64,000 nucleotides of DNA from contig NC_042997.1 in NCBI RefSeq assembly GCF_006345805.1, forward strand, positions 8,928,001 to 8,992,000, given 5' to 3'. This stretch comes from Octopus sinensis (taxonomy: Eukaryota). This document shows, one piece after another, positions 25,677 to 39,249 of the stretch. The notes beneath the pieces were generated by a model. It was not told where the DNA came from and made no database searches. It saw only the letters and a list, made by a program, of their open reading frames with translations. Numbering within the stretch: position 1 is the first letter of the stretch; each line of letters starts with the position of its first letter. Position numbers and translations under genes: made by a program.

Positions 25677-25677
<1 letters not shown>
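24851..25677. repeat. ~830-bp imperfect palindrome (arms ~400 bp)
   Basis: 24851-25250 is reverse-complementary to ~25255-25677, centre gagaggagtaaattttactaaattttactcctctc; (TA)n at the right flank. Confidence 0.9.
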
Positions 25678-25717
<40 letters not shown>

Positions 25718-25910
25718 AAATGAGTGCTCAACACCACACTGGTGGATATAATTTCTTTATTTGTGAATTAACGCTACCATTGGTTTCATGTTAAGAAAAG
25801 TAGGATAATAGCCTAGTGTTTTAACAATTTTTCAAGTCAATCACATGCAGAAAGGTATTCACCAGCATTTTGGAAAACACACCCTCCAACATATGTATAT
25901 GTATATATAT

Positions 25911-25955
<45 letters not shown>

Positions 25956-25959
25956 CCTC

Positions 25960-25990
<31 letters not shown>

Positions 25991-26019
25991 AAGAAAGAGA
26001 GAGAAAGCGAGAGATAGGT

Positions 26020-26155
26020 TTCTTTTCAGTTTCTGCCAAGCAAATCTACTCACAAGGTTTGGGCAGCTTGATGGGGCGTGGTGTCAAGCTACAGATGCGG
26101 GCACTTGCCCAAAGTATCAGATAGTTGGACTGAATCTGAACCCATGTGGTTAGGA
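26020..26155 (-). mobile_element. Family A CORE-SINE, 5' half
   Basis: cttttcagtttctgccaagcaaatctactcacaagg...cacttgcccaa...gaacccatgtggtt. Confidence 0.65.
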
Positions 26156-26465
26156 GTGGAGGCATATGGCCTAGTGGTTAGAGCAGTGGACTTACAGTTG
26201 AGAGATCGCAGGTTTGAATCTCAGACCGGGCAATGTGTGTGTTTATGAGTGAAACACCTAAGCTCCACGCAGCTCCAGCAGAAGGTAATGGCGAACTTCT
26301 GCTGACTCTTTCACCACAACTTTCTCTCACTCTTTCCTCCTGCACCTTGCAGCTCACCTGTGACAGACCGGCGTCCCATCCAGGTGGGGAATCTATACAC
26401 CAAGGAAATCAGGAAACCGGCCCTTATGAGCCAGGCGTGGCTTAAGAAGGAACAAACAACAACAT
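26156..26465 (+). mobile_element. tRNA-derived SINE (family B2), tail type 1
   Basis: gtggaggcatatggcctagtggttagagc...gaaacacctaagctcc...ctttcaccacaactttctctcactc...gtcccatccagg...ggcccttatgag. Confidence 0.8.
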
Positions 26466-26649
26466 GTGGTTAGGAAGCACAAGTCTTCACTATACAGCCA
26501 TGCAAAACATGCTACAGTCAGCTTTACTCTGTATCCTTCTGGGCTGATAAAATAAAGTACCAATCCAATACTCAAGTTAATATAACTGGTTAATCCTCCT
26601 CCCAATTTCATGCCATTATACCTTAATTCGAAATTTATACAATACTAGT

Positions 26650-27022
26650 GGAGTGGAAGCACTCCGTCGGTTACGACGACGAGGGTTCCGGTTGATCCGA
26701 TCAACGGAACAGCCTGCTCGTGAAATTAACGTGTAAGTGGCTGAGCACGCCACAGACACGTGTACCCTTAACGCAGTTCTCGGGGATATTCAGCATGACA
26801 AGGCCGGCCCTTTGAAATACAGGTACAACAGAAACAGGAAGTAAGAGTGAGAGAAAGTTGTGGTGAAAGAGTACAGCAGGGATCACCACCATCCCTCCCG
26901 GAGCCTCATGGAGCTTTAGGTGTTTTCACTCAATAAACACTCACAACGCCCGGTCTGGGAATCAAAACCGTGATCCTATGACCACGAGTCCGCTGCCCTA
27001 ACCACTGGGCCATTGCGCATCC
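26650..27022 (-). mobile_element. tRNA-derived SINE (family B2 head/body), tail type 2, with 11-bp TSD
   Basis: TSD acaatactagt at 26639-26649 and 27023-27033. Head gcgcaatggcccagtggttagggcagcgg; 3' part ...gcaggctgttccgttgatcggatcaaccggaaccctcgtcgtcgtaaccgacggagtgc. Confidence 0.9.
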
Positions 27023-27253
27023 ACAATACTAGTATGAGTTATAATAAAGAGATTGTTTCAGTGCTTTAGTGTATGTCACAGCAAACCACTAGAATAATTT
27101 AATAAAATTAAAAATACTATAATTTTAACAGCAGTCAAGGAATGCATGCCACAACTTCTGGGAGCATTATCTGCTTAGGGTTGTATTCTGTTGAGAAGTT
27201 AATTGAGTTGAATCTTCACTGAGAAACAGGAATTAATTACTGAAGTAATATAC

Positions 27254-27320
27254 CCTTTGTCATTTGCAAGATGATAATCCTCTTCCTTAAATCCCATTTT
27301 ATTGACTGCTGACTTTACAG
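27254..27320 (-). CDS. Candidate exon of host gene (xVKSAVNKMGFKEEDYHLANDKG), phase 1 to 2
   Basis: Acceptor ctgttttatctttcag, donor gtatat; 67 nt; protein-like composition. Confidence 0.6.
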
Positions 27321-27928
27321 CTGAAAGATAAAACAGATAATTGATCAGATGTGATTTTAATGTCAGTGTTACAAGACAAAATAAAAAATGCTTGAAAAAT
27401 CATGATTACATTCCTCATGTACTGTGTCTAATCTACCATGTTGTAAATAAGCAATAATTGTGTCTTATGGATTTTGGTTGCTGAGCACTAGCTGTTCTCT
27501 TTAAAAGTTCAAACTATATTTGTTTTCTCTTTATTTCTTGAATTATAGAAAAATCCATTATGAAGATTAAAACACATGTTTGCTTGCCAGGAAAAATTTT
27601 CTTATATTTATTGAATTTTTTTTTTTTTGTTCATTAATTTTGCATATACACTTAAACACACATACATATGTGTGTGTGTATGCCGTGTGTAACATATACA
27701 CGTGTGAGTGTGGGTGTGTGTGTGTGTGTAAATGTGTGTTTGTATATGGCTACATATAAGCATGCATATATATGTAGAAAGAGGAGGAGATTGAGAAGGA
27801 GAGAGTGATGAGTGTGCATGTATATATATGTATATACATGTATATATATATATGTGTATATGTGTATATGTGTATATATATATGTGTGTATATATATATA
27901 TATGTGTATATGTGTATATATATGTATG

Positions 27929-27994
<66 letters not shown>

Positions 27995-29284
27995 ATATAT
28001 ATGTGCATATGTATGTGAGCATCTATGAGTGTTAGTGCCTGTGGTTATGTATCTGTGTGTATATCCCCTGCATGAATTTTCACATGTTTGCAGGAAACAT
28101 ATTCTTTGCGTAAATGTCAACAGGAAATTTGTGCACAAACATGTGTCACAATATAATTGAACATTTGTCATACACACATAGCCACATCTCAGTGAGTTAT
28201 ACAAATATCTGCTGATGTTAGCTGCTATTAATATTTGCAATTACTATTTCAGAAAAGCCCACATTTCACTGTAGAATATCAGCAAATAGTTATGGCAAGA
28301 AAAAACTTATAATGCAAACTAAGTGAGGAAATACTAACAGGATATTTTATTATATATCATCTGACTTACTTTCAAAGAAAACAACAGGAGGTTTAAGCTC
28401 TTATATTTTATTTTATTGATGATTGAAAGAGGATTAGTTTTAAGATAAGATCTGTTGGTCAAATCAATAATTTGCTGAAACTAGTTTCAATTTGTGGGGA
28501 GTTTCAGCTGTAACATAAATGTTTTGCTGTGCAATATTGTTTGTGTTTATTATTGTTTTGTTTTTTTTGCTCCTTCTTCAGGTTGTTTATTGTTTAATTT
28601 CAAAGTTTATCTCACAGAAATGTTTTTGTTTATTTTTATATCTATTTTTCCATGCTAGCATGGTTTGGGTGAAGACTTATTTGAAGGCAGTATTTTATGG
28701 TTGGATGCCCTTTTTCTCACTAGCTACATCTTTTATCATTTGCGGAAGATATTTTTATATTTCACTAATCACCATGAGTCTAATGTGTAAAAGCTACAGA
28801 ATGCATTCTTCTCAGGGACAGGGAACATGATATCACTATCACTGTTTTGTTCACACATTCTCGAGTGATGCCATGTGGAATGCAAATGTCCATGTACACA
28901 CACACACACAACTACATACACACACACCTACATACATACATACAGGAACACACACAAGCCCCCCCACACACACACACAAGCCCCCCACACACTCAGCCAG
29001 TTGCCATAGTTTCTGTCAATTAATCTCACTCACAAGGTATCGGTCAGTGGAGGCTATTACTAGAAGATTCTTGACTAAAGCACCATGTAATGGGATAGGA
29101 TCCACAACCATATTTCTATGAAGTGTAATGTGTACCAATACAGCCATGCCTGCCCTTATACATAAAGCAAAAAACCATATTAATCAAAAACACTTGTTTA
29201 AAACAAACCAAAGAAGAAACTTCAGTATGATTGCTCAATCTACTAGAAATAACAACTGCAAAAGTAAAGTTCCCTTTTGTGTTA

Positions 29285-29515
29285 TATAGACTCATAGGAC
29301 CAGTTTCCTTGGTTTTCATGCTGTGTATATTCCCTACCTGGATGGGGAACTGGTCCATTGCAGGATTACTCATTTTTGCCAGCTGAGTGGATTGGAGCAT
29401 CATGAAATGAAGTGTCTTGCTCAAGAAACATATGTTGCCCAGTCCAGGAATCAAAACCACAAACTTATGGTCATGAATCCAACGCCCTAACCACTAACCC
29501 ACATGCCTCCACAAA
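29285..29515 (-). mobile_element. Family B CORE-SINE
   Basis: ctcataggaccagtttcc...gaagtgtcttgctcaagaaaca...ctaaccactaacccacatgcctccac. Confidence 0.75.
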
Positions 29516-30391
29516 ATGCTAAGTGGCATTTTGTCTGGCATGCTAACGATTCTGCTGGCTTACCACCTTTAGGAATTACAACTGATTCTTCTACACTTTA
29601 TATTCTATAGTTTTGAAATGGAGAGAAACATTGTGCGATGGAGTCATAGATGTGCAATGCACAAGAAGAGAATGGTGTGGTCAAGATTGGAATGCCTTAG
29701 ATCATAAGCCTGCTCAATCAGAGCTGACCTACAGTTAAACAATGCAACAACAACATTTGTTAATTAAAAGTTCTGTTGTTAATTAGACTGTTTAGTTGTA
29801 TATAATAACAATCACCAATTTGGTGAGTTCAGACAAGAATGGTAAAAATGGATTGCTATGAAAGCCATACAGCACCTATGAAATACCAAAAGACCATTGC
29901 CTTGATCTTTCAAATTGTTTTTCAACTCAAGCATATGTGATTTGTGGAAAATAGCAATGCAATGACCAAGTTGACAATAAACTTAACCTTATCATTTTGT
30001 TTGACATTTCAAAATTATATTCTCATCATTTTAATTTCTTTCGATGTTGGTAGTAAGATGAAAAAAGAGGTTAATCAGTTCAATCAATGTTTTCAATTCT
30101 AATAATAATTAATTTCAGAAATATAAATGCAAAATATTATTATAAAAAATTAAAGTCGTACTTTGGAGCTTATATAGTTAATAAGATAAATGAATTAAAA
30201 TACTGTTTACTTAATAATACTAATTTATAAAATAAAATATCTATATATATATGTGTGTGTTTAACATACATAAAGGTAGCAGCAAATGCAGAGGTAGGAT
30301 GAACTGTTAGTTCTAATGAATAAATGATATACCAGACAGGGAAAAGTTATTTTAAAGATATATGCTACTTTTTTCCACATTAAAGCAAATA

Positions 30392-31120
30392 TTGGGTCAT
30401 CCCATAAATAATGCGGTTTTTTTCGGTTGCATAAACTAAAAGTCAGAGGGGGACGGGATAAACTAACTGCGTCAGCTTGCTATAAAAGCAGGTAGTAATT
30501 TTAACTTTGTCTTATGCTTAGTGCAAATTTTGTTGTTCGATTTTAACAGTAATTTTTTCAGAGCTATAAATGGAAGTGACAAAGGTGCATATTTAGCATA
30601 TTTTGTTTTGTGAATTCAATAAAGGCAACAATGTAATGGAAAGTGTAAAAAATATTAATGCAGTATATGGGAATCGAACAATAAGCATAAGCCAGTGTCA
30701 ACGGGGGTTCCAGAAATTCCGAGACAGAGACTACAGCCTAGAAGATGAGCCTCATCCTGGAAGATCTGTAGAGCTTGATGTGGATGTCCCACAAAACCTG
30801 GTGGAACACATCCCATCGTAACTGTTGAGGAACAAGCAGAGAGGCTCAGATCTGGTCATTCAACCATTCATCAACGCCTGTGTGCCATTGGAAAAGTCAG
30901 AAAATTGGTTCAATGGGTTCCTTACAAACTTTCTGAGCCTAATCGCATGTGTGCTTTTCTTTGCTCTCACGTCTCACGAATGAACCATTTTTAGATCAAT
31001 GATGTGAAATGGGTTCTCTATAAAAATGACAATTGCAGAAGACAATGGATAGGGATAGGAGAAACACCAGCACCCCAGGCTAAAGAGGGTCTTCACCTAC
31101 ATAAGGTGTTGTTATCTGTT
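30392..31120 (+). pseudogene. mariner transposase 5' fragment with left TIR
   Basis: tattgggtcatcccataaataatgc TIR-like start; ATG 30570 MEVTKVHI*HILFCEFNKGNN...FQKFRDRDYSLEDEPHPGRS; ends near ...HKVLLSV before a (CAT)n(TAT)n run. Confidence 0.85.
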
Positions 31121-31135
31121 AACTTTATTATTATT

Positions 31136-31231
<96 letters not shown>

Positions 31232-31873
31232 GAGTGAGAGAGCAGTGCATGCCATCAAAGTGACACTGAGGTACAAATATACGAAGCCTGGTATACCCAA
31301 TATGACTACCTGTCTGATAAGTGTATACTAGGCATATGCATCACAACCATGTGTGTGTGACATAGTGATCTCATATCAAGATAAACAGCACATGACCTTG
31401 CAGATCTAAAACAACAGGAATACTAAAGGAAGGCTGAAATTTAAGAGAAGAGAAAACCAAATGGTCTCATCCTATTCATTTAAACTTATTATTATTACTT
31501 CTGCCTTTGAAACTAGTTTGAATGGTAAATCTGTTAACTTTGGCTTGTATTATATAAGGATAAACTATTTATTACTGTTACTACATTTTCTACAGCCACC
31601 TTCACATTCCATGACTACCATTGGGATCGATCAGGCACCGGACAAGGATTCTGAATTATTTTTCCATTTTTTTTTACTTAACTTTTGAGAGCGGTCTGGT
31701 TCATTTTTAGTATTCTCATTTGTGAGAGCAGTTGAGTTCATTTCAGATACTCTCATTTTAAAAATCAATTCTGGCTAATAATTGAGAGGACCTTGGTGTT
31801 GCCTTGGTGAAGGTTTGCACTCTCTGAGCGCTCTTCTTCATATTATTATTATTATCATTATTATTATCATTTA

Positions 31874-32215
31874 GGCAGTGAGTTGGCATAATCATTAGCA
31901 TGCTGAGCGAAATGCTTAGTGGTATTTTATCTGCCACTATGTCCTGAGTTCAAATTTCACTGAGGTCGACACTGCCTTTTATCTTTTCAGGGTCAATGAA
32001 TTAAGTACCAGTGAAACACTGGGGTCGATGTAATCTGCTAGTCCCCTGCCACCAAATTTCAGGCCTTGAGCCTTTAGTAGAAAGGATTATCATTACCATC
32101 ATTATTATTATTATTCATTTCATCTTTTTAGGGGTGACAAATTAAGTCCCAGTGAAACACTAGGGTCAACGTAATCGAATAGTCCCCACTCACCAAATTT
32201 CAGGCTTTGTGCATT
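31874..32215 (+). mobile_element. tRNA-derived SINE family C (full copy plus a second 3' fragment)
   Basis: ggcagtgagttggcataatc...gagttcaaattt...gaggtcgacactgcctttt...taagtaccagtgaaacactggggtcgatgtaatc...caaatttcaggccttg. Same family as the 42.1-44.0 kb array. Confidence 0.8.
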
Positions 32216-32706
32216 TAATAGATAGAATAATTGTTATAGTTGTTATTGATGTTGTTGCTGCTGCTACTGTTTTTGTTGTTGCTGTTGTTGTTTATATTCA
32301 TTCCATGAATTCTATTTAGAAGGCTGCTTTGAATATAATAGGCATCATGTCAAAACTAAGATGGTAAGTTTTACTCAAATGTTTTGCATTTGATCATGAG
32401 CTACACATGTATTCTAACTGCAATGAATAAAAGCCTTTCAATGTATACATGTAAAATGTGTAATAACATTTTAAATTCTCTTTTACTCCATTTCCAAACT
32501 ATTCCATAGAATGTGTGTGTGTGCGTAAGTGTGTGTGTTTGTGTGTGTACATGCATAGTGCATATATGTGTGTGTCTTTTCTGTGCCTGTACATACAAAA
32601 AACAACCGCATATATTTGTATACACATGCATACACACATATGTGCATTCATATATTTGATTTAGCCTCTTCACCTACTTATATGTGAATGTGTGTGTATG
32701 CGTGTG

Positions 32707-32739
<33 letters not shown>

Positions 32740-32925
32740 CTGTGTGTGTATGTCATCTGGTTTCATATAGTTATAGTCAACTAAATTGATAGCAATGTCT
32801 TACTGGTATTTGTTTAGTTAATTCTCTAATAAAAAAGACAAAGTACTTGACATATAAAGTAAGAAAATTAAATACTGCAATGATTTCCTCAGGTAATATA
32901 TTATTTCTATCAAATTTCTTATTAA

Positions 32926-32973
<48 letters not shown>

Positions 32974-33889
32974 AAAATAAATGTGACATCAAAACATTCA
33001 GCCATTTCTTGAACTCTCAATGCATGTGAGTCGTTTCTATTTTTTTCTTTCTTAAAATTTCTATTAAAATTTTTTTTTATCAATAGTTTTGAACTGAAAG
33101 GTTTGGCTGATCGATGAAACGTTTGAATCAGAGTACCTTATATTTCAAATTTATTTTCATTTAAGTATGAATTTTGGCATTTTTACAAGTGTGTTAATAT
33201 AGCTGCCCCCCATGTCGTCATGTTAATACATATGTAAATATACATAAGGAAATATGAGAAAAAGACAAACACAAATATCTAGGAGATTCTAAATAAAAGC
33301 ATTTTCTATGTATAGTTCAATGCTTCTATAGAGAAATGCATTCAAAAGACATTGTAGAAATAGAGAACATCATGCAAACGAGACTGAAAAATAAAGTTAA
33401 GAAAATATATTTTCAAAATTCAGTCGAAGTTGAAAGATAAGTTCCTAATAGGAAGTAGTGAATAGAACATAGAAGAGATTTTGAAATTTAGAGAATATGC
33501 TCGTCTACTCCTATTTCCTTCGTTGCTTTCTATAAAACTATCAAATTTTTTTTTTTTGTATGAAATATTGCTTCAGTTCAAGAGTTTCTTAACTCTCTTC
33601 AAAGCATTCTTCAGAAACTATGTAGACACATAATGTATGCATCAGTTATAACCTCAATAGTTTCTGCGTGCATTGATAGGATTTTTAAACATAGGATCAA
33701 TGTCACAAATTTTTGAAGGAAGAATGTAGCCAATTAAATCAATTTCTGTACTTCCCTGGAAATAATTGTTTTATCCAACTTGAAAGGATGAAATTCTAGT
33801 AAGATTTGAACTCACAATATAAAACGTATGTAACTGAATACTACAAAAAATTTGCCTGGTGTTTTATTTACTTTGCCATCAAGTATCTC

Positions 33890-34102
33890 TCAGCATCTCA
33901 TTTACTCTTTTACTTGTTTCAGTCATTTAACTGTGGCCATGCTAGAGCACCGCCTTTAGTTGATCAAGCAAATCAACCCCAGGACTTATTCTTTGTAAGC
34001 CTAGTACTTATTCTATTGGTCTCTTTTGCCGAACCGCTAATTTATAAGGATGTAAACACATCAGCATCGGTTGTCAAGCGATATTGGGGGGGACAAACAC
34101 AG

Positions 34103-34196
<94 letters not shown>

Positions 34197-34365
34197 TCAT
34201 ATATACGATGGGCTTCTTTCAATTATCATCTACCAAATCCACTCACAAGGCTTTGGTCAGCCTGAGGCTATAGTAGAAGACACTTGCCCAAGGTGGCATG
34301 CAGTGGACTGAACCCAGAACCATGTGGTTTGTAAGCAAGCTACTTACCACACAGCCACTCCTACG
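33890..34365 (-). mobile_element. Family A CORE-SINE, full length
   Basis: Same modules as 6951-7391 with a longer internal (TA)n. Confidence 0.88.
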
Positions 34366-36289
34366 CCTATTAATATATATTAACGCATCTGTTAATATAT
34401 ATTCAGTTAAGTGTTACTACTTGATTTTATTGAATGGTGAACATAACTGAATATTGTTTTAATGTTGACTATTAAAGAAAAGTAAAGTTTGTTTTAATGA
34501 ATTAAGTTCATAATGAATGTCAGTATGCAGTCATTGTCTTGTTGCTGTAGTTGTCATTATCAGTCACAACAGTATACATTTGTGATAATTAATATTTTGT
34601 TTTGCAAGAAACAGAAAGTGAGAGAGATACGGACAGGGAGAGAGTTATCTATCGGAAATTTGCTCCCATATGTCACTCTTCAGAAGTCCCTAAATCTTGA
34701 AAACTATAGTGATTGCATAGTTGTTGCATTTGACACCAATAAAGATTTCAACCACATTTAAGAGAATTTCCTATAAAGGTTGCCCACTCGTGGTATACAT
34801 TCCATTGTCATTTTTTTCTGTGGAAGTTTTGTGTGAGGCCACATCATTGCAGTGAGTTAAAATGCCACTACTCACTGTCTATTAACCCTGGTGATTGCAT
34901 AAAATACATGCTGTGTTATCGAATAATAATTATGTAAAGTGTGTTTTATTTGATTGACTAGTTATAGTATAAGATATATTTTGAATGTGGAGAGCATTGT
35001 TTCATATATGCTATGGAAGTGAAAGTGTCATTGTAAGATGTGGGGTGTGGCTAGCAGAGCTATTTTTAAGCTATGCAGACCTGTGAATTCTGGTAGTCTT
35101 TTTATGCTTTACTTGTGTTCTTTTTTATCATAGCTAGTATTATTACAAGCACAGTTTTCACATAAGAAATCAGCAAACTCATTAGAGCCTTGGATTAAAT
35201 ACCTTGTAGTATTTGTTTTAGCTCTTTCTGTTCTGACTTTAAACGAACTTTGCTTTCCATCCTTTCAGATCCAATAAAATAAAAGACCATCCAAGTACTG
35301 CTGACAATTTAGTCAACTGACCCCGCTTCTCAAAATTTCTAGCCATGTACATCAATTACATACGATTATTAGTATTGTTTTAGCTTTTATCCCAATTCTT
35401 CCAGCTTAATTTTATTTGCAGATCCTCATATTTTTCCACCTCAGTCTAGGTGGTCACAAAAGATCGAAATGTCTATGAGAATACAAAAATGTTCATTCTA
35501 GCTCCTGATAATTATAGCTGAAAGATTTGCCTTGATACCTCTGTCCCTCTGGACAGGCTCAGTGACAGGTACTTGTTTATCACTTCATATCCATTTTACA
35601 TTGAAGTATCAATATATTACCAAGTGACTATATCTGCCAACTTAACTTCATCAATGAATATACTCAGACTTAGTAAAAACTAAGCAACCAGAAATGATAC
35701 AATGAGTTATTTCCTTGTGAAGACTACCTCTGAGGAATGCATCCTTTTAATTATATGGTTTTAACAATTACCTTTGAGTCAGTATTGGTCAAGTGCAGTT
35801 AACATCAGACCCGCTGTTTCTACTATTATCCCAGTTATTTTGAACATTTGTTGGCTTTCACTTTCGCTTGCTTCCTCTCTGTTCAGCTTAGTAGGATAAA
35901 GACCATGGTGGGGTTTTCCTTTTACCTCTATTATATTCATTTAGTATATTTTGGAATACTGTTTTCATTTTTTCTCCTACTTTTTAACCTTTTCTGATGT
36001 TTGTCCTTATCTAAATCATTTTCATCAGAGTATTAAGTCCCTAGTCAGTACATTATTGTTTCTTTATAAAGATAGATATGTGTATTGTTCACCACTGTTG
36101 AGGTGGAGGTGGCTACCCGCATGCATGAGGTCTGTGAGTCAGAGTGGCTGTTCCAGTGCAGCTCCTTCAACACTTTTTCTTTTTGTCTGCTGGGACCATG
36201 AGACAGTCAGACTTACAGGAAATTTTACATTCTACTCTTTAATTTAGTAAAATATTTTTGTCATTGTTAAGATGGTAATACTAGCTTAA

Positions 36290-36990
36290 AAGGCACGTAG
36301 CCACAGGGGGAACTATGGGGTGCTCAGCACCCCCAGTTAGAATATCCCCCCCAAGTTAGAATCTCAGCCCCACCCCAGTATGAGAATTTGTTTTATCCAC
36401 TTTTGAAATAATACATTGTTGCCGCCTTCTTTTTTCTCATAAGCAATATCTGAAGTCGTTAAAGATGCAATAAATTGAATTTCTTTTGATTTAGTTAGTT
36501 AGTGATATGAAAACGCAGGTAAATTAGAGCTGGTCAAAAGTCTCTTAGGAAAAAAGCCCCCTAAGACAAGAGCCCCTCAAACAAACCCTACTCCGTAGTT
36601 AAAGTATGTAAGTGTTTGGGTTTTTTTTACAACCATGGTTTTCATTTTTGTTTATTTGAAATTTATAAAAATAAAGTTTAAAGATTTGGCTGTTATCTCT
36701 AGCATGTTGAAAGACATTTTAGGCACTTGTTGAAAATCATTAAAAAAAATATTGGAGTTGATGCATTCGACTAAAAATTCTTCGAAGTGGTGCCCCAGCA
36801 TGGCCTCAGTTTAATGACTGCAACAAGTAAAAGGAAAATAAAAACGAAATATATCAGAAGTTTTGGCCAGGCTAAGCGTTAAGAAATGTGAAAAAAAAAA
36901 AACGAAAAAAAATAAAATAAAAATATAAGCATGGAGCTTTTGTCCACTTTCCCACTTTAAGTAGGGGCTTTTGTCTGTGCTTCTGTTCAT
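36290..36990. mobile_element. Possible decayed non-autonomous DNA transposon(s)
   Basis: cgtagccacagggggaactatggggtgctcagcaccccc end-like motif; inverted aaaagccccc/gacaagagcccct vs aggggcttttgtc subterminal motifs. Confidence 0.3.
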
Positions 36991-37439
36991 CACCCCTAGC
37001 TATCAAGATAGTACCTCCAGTTGCAATCGGCTGGCTACATGGCTGGCTGTTATAGAACTGTAGAATGACAGAATCATTAAGGAATTAGAAAAAATTCTTT
37101 GTTTATTACACTAAACAGTTTTTCTCTAAATAGAAGCATATCTAGGGACTGGCATACATGGCAGCTCAGAATCTGGGTGTTACAGAGCAGTTTCCATTAG
37201 TTAGAAATCAATCTTCAGATTGTGAAGATAAAATATCAATATATCTTCTTTACACTTCCAAGTAAGAAATGACTGGGGCTGTGGTGATCCATGCAACTCA
37301 ACTTGACATAGAAGGAAGATGGCAAAAGGACAATAATGGTGATGAGAACCTCGAGTATGTGCATAAGACACACACACACACACACACACAAACACACAAA
37401 TCATCTTCATTATCATCATCATAATTATCATCATATTTT

Positions 37440-37681
37440 AATATCTGAATTTAACGGTGTGGGTAGGTTGGTTTGATAAGATCAAGTGGGCCAGAGGACA
37501 ATGTTTTGCTCCAGTGTCTGCTTTGGCAAGGTTTCTACAAATGGCTGCCCTTCTTAGAAATTATGCCAAACTAGACATTGGAGCACAACACAGTCCTCTG
37601 ATGCATTGAAACCTTTAAAACAGTCCAATCCATGCCAGTATGGAAAATGGACATTAAAAGACCATGATGAATAGGATGATG

Positions 37682-37682
<1 letters not shown>
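37440..37682 (+). mobile_element. RTE-type 3' tail variant
   Basis: Degenerate ...cagtccaatccatgccagtatggaaaatggacattaaaagaccatgatga; part of the interval may be a second, opposite-strand fragment. Confidence 0.5.
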
Positions 37683-37753
<71 letters not shown>

Positions 37754-38034
37754 CATACACACACACATACATACATACACATACATACACACACGTATGT
37801 ATGTATGCATATACACATTCACACATGCATAAATATTTTGAAAGAGTGAGTGAGGGAGATGAGTGAGATAGACAAAGTATGTCTGAAGGAGTAGGCTACA
37901 AAGAAGAGGAAGAGAAAAAGAAAGAGATTTTACTCTACTAATAAACTGAACTTACACATAATACATTGATAGCTATAATTTCTTTCTCCCTTCTTGCCTA
38001 ACTAGTCTTAATTCTATTGTCGGTTTACTCTTAC

Positions 38035-38083
38035 CATTCCTGGTAAAGAACTTAGCACAGACAGATGTATTATTTCTTCAGCT
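38035..38083 (-). CDS. Candidate exon of host gene (AEEIIHLSVLSSLPGM), phase 2 to 0
   Basis: Acceptor tttttctagcttgtctttgagtttccag, donor gtaaga; 49 nt; only one frame open; in frame with 44159-44221. Confidence 0.6.
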
Positions 38084-38255
38084 CTGGAAACTCAAAGACA
38101 AGCTAGAAAAATTTACGAATTTCTCCACATCTGTTGAACTAAACAAATTCAATAATTGTACAATCAGGTATATCTTTATATTTTCCTGATTTTTCATTCT
38201 ATCCAGCTACTTTACCAAGTTTATTGTTTTATAATTCTTCTCTTTACACACATAT

Positions 38256-38288
<33 letters not shown>

Positions 38289-38329
38289 CACGCACATGCA
38301 CATACATGTATGTATGCATGTGTGCTTGT

Positions 38330-38752
38330 ATAAGCATGACTGGCTCTCATGCTGATGGCAGATAAAATGTACTATCTGAACATGATCGATGCCAGGGCCG
38401 CCTGACTGGCTCCCAGGCTGGTGGCACATAAAAAGCACCATCTGAACATGGCCGATATCAGTACCCACTGACTGACTCCCATGCTGTTGGCACATAAAAA
38501 GCACTGTCAAAACAGGGTTGATACCAGGCCCACCTGACTGGCTCCTGTACTAGTGGTATGTAAAAAGCACCCACTACACTTTCGGAATGGTTGGCGTTAG
38601 GACAGGCATCCAGCTGGAGAAACATTGCCAGATCAGATTGGAGCCTGGTGCAGCCACTGGCTCTCCAGACCTTAGTCAAACCGTCCAACCCATACCAGCA
38701 TGGAAAATAGACGTTAAAGGATAATGATGATGATGATGATGACAATGATGAT
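38330..38752 (+). mobile_element. 5'-truncated RTE 3' UTR with minisatellite and (GAT)n tail
   Basis: aaaaagcaccatctgaacatgg units, ggttggcgttagga..ggcatccagc, (GAT)n. Confidence 0.85.
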
Positions 38753-39249
38753 GTATGTATGTTTAGATATACATGTGTCTATGTGAGGTGTGTGTAAAAG
38801 AAAAAATGTAATACTTAATTTCATATGTACTTAGCATAATGTATTTGTATATATGTATGTGTATATGTGTGTGCATGTGTGTAGGGGGTGCAAGCATGTA
38901 TAAATGCAGAATAGCTCACCACATAACTTACAGTGCTAGAAGACTTTTGAAACCCAAATCAAAATAGAAATGTATCTATGGCTGAAATTAACTCAGTCAC
39001 TATTTGAGGGTTTAAAAACTGAAGTATTTCCTAGCATTAAGAACATCTGCAACAATGACTGTGAAAGAGAGTTACTTGTCCCAATCAATAAGGCTCAATG
39101 AATGAATCATCCAATAACTGCACAATGATGAAATTGTGAATATGTTTTGTAAGACTGATTCAAATATTAAAAAAGTAAGTAAAAAAAATCTGAATTATTC
39201 TAGCAAGTTTCTCAACAACCAGAAACTACCTGATGTGTCAATGATAGAC

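Noticed and set aside
28370-28399. Minus-strand ELKPPVVFFE segment with a strong gtaagt donor that would join 27320 in frame
   Set aside because: Requires an AAG acceptor after a purine-rich tract; left unresolved rather than called.
32320-32363. Plus-strand exon-like segment (ag...gtaagt) with two open frames
   Set aside because: Isolated; no phase-consistent chain of plus-strand exons was found. It illustrates the false-positive rate for short exons in this DNA.
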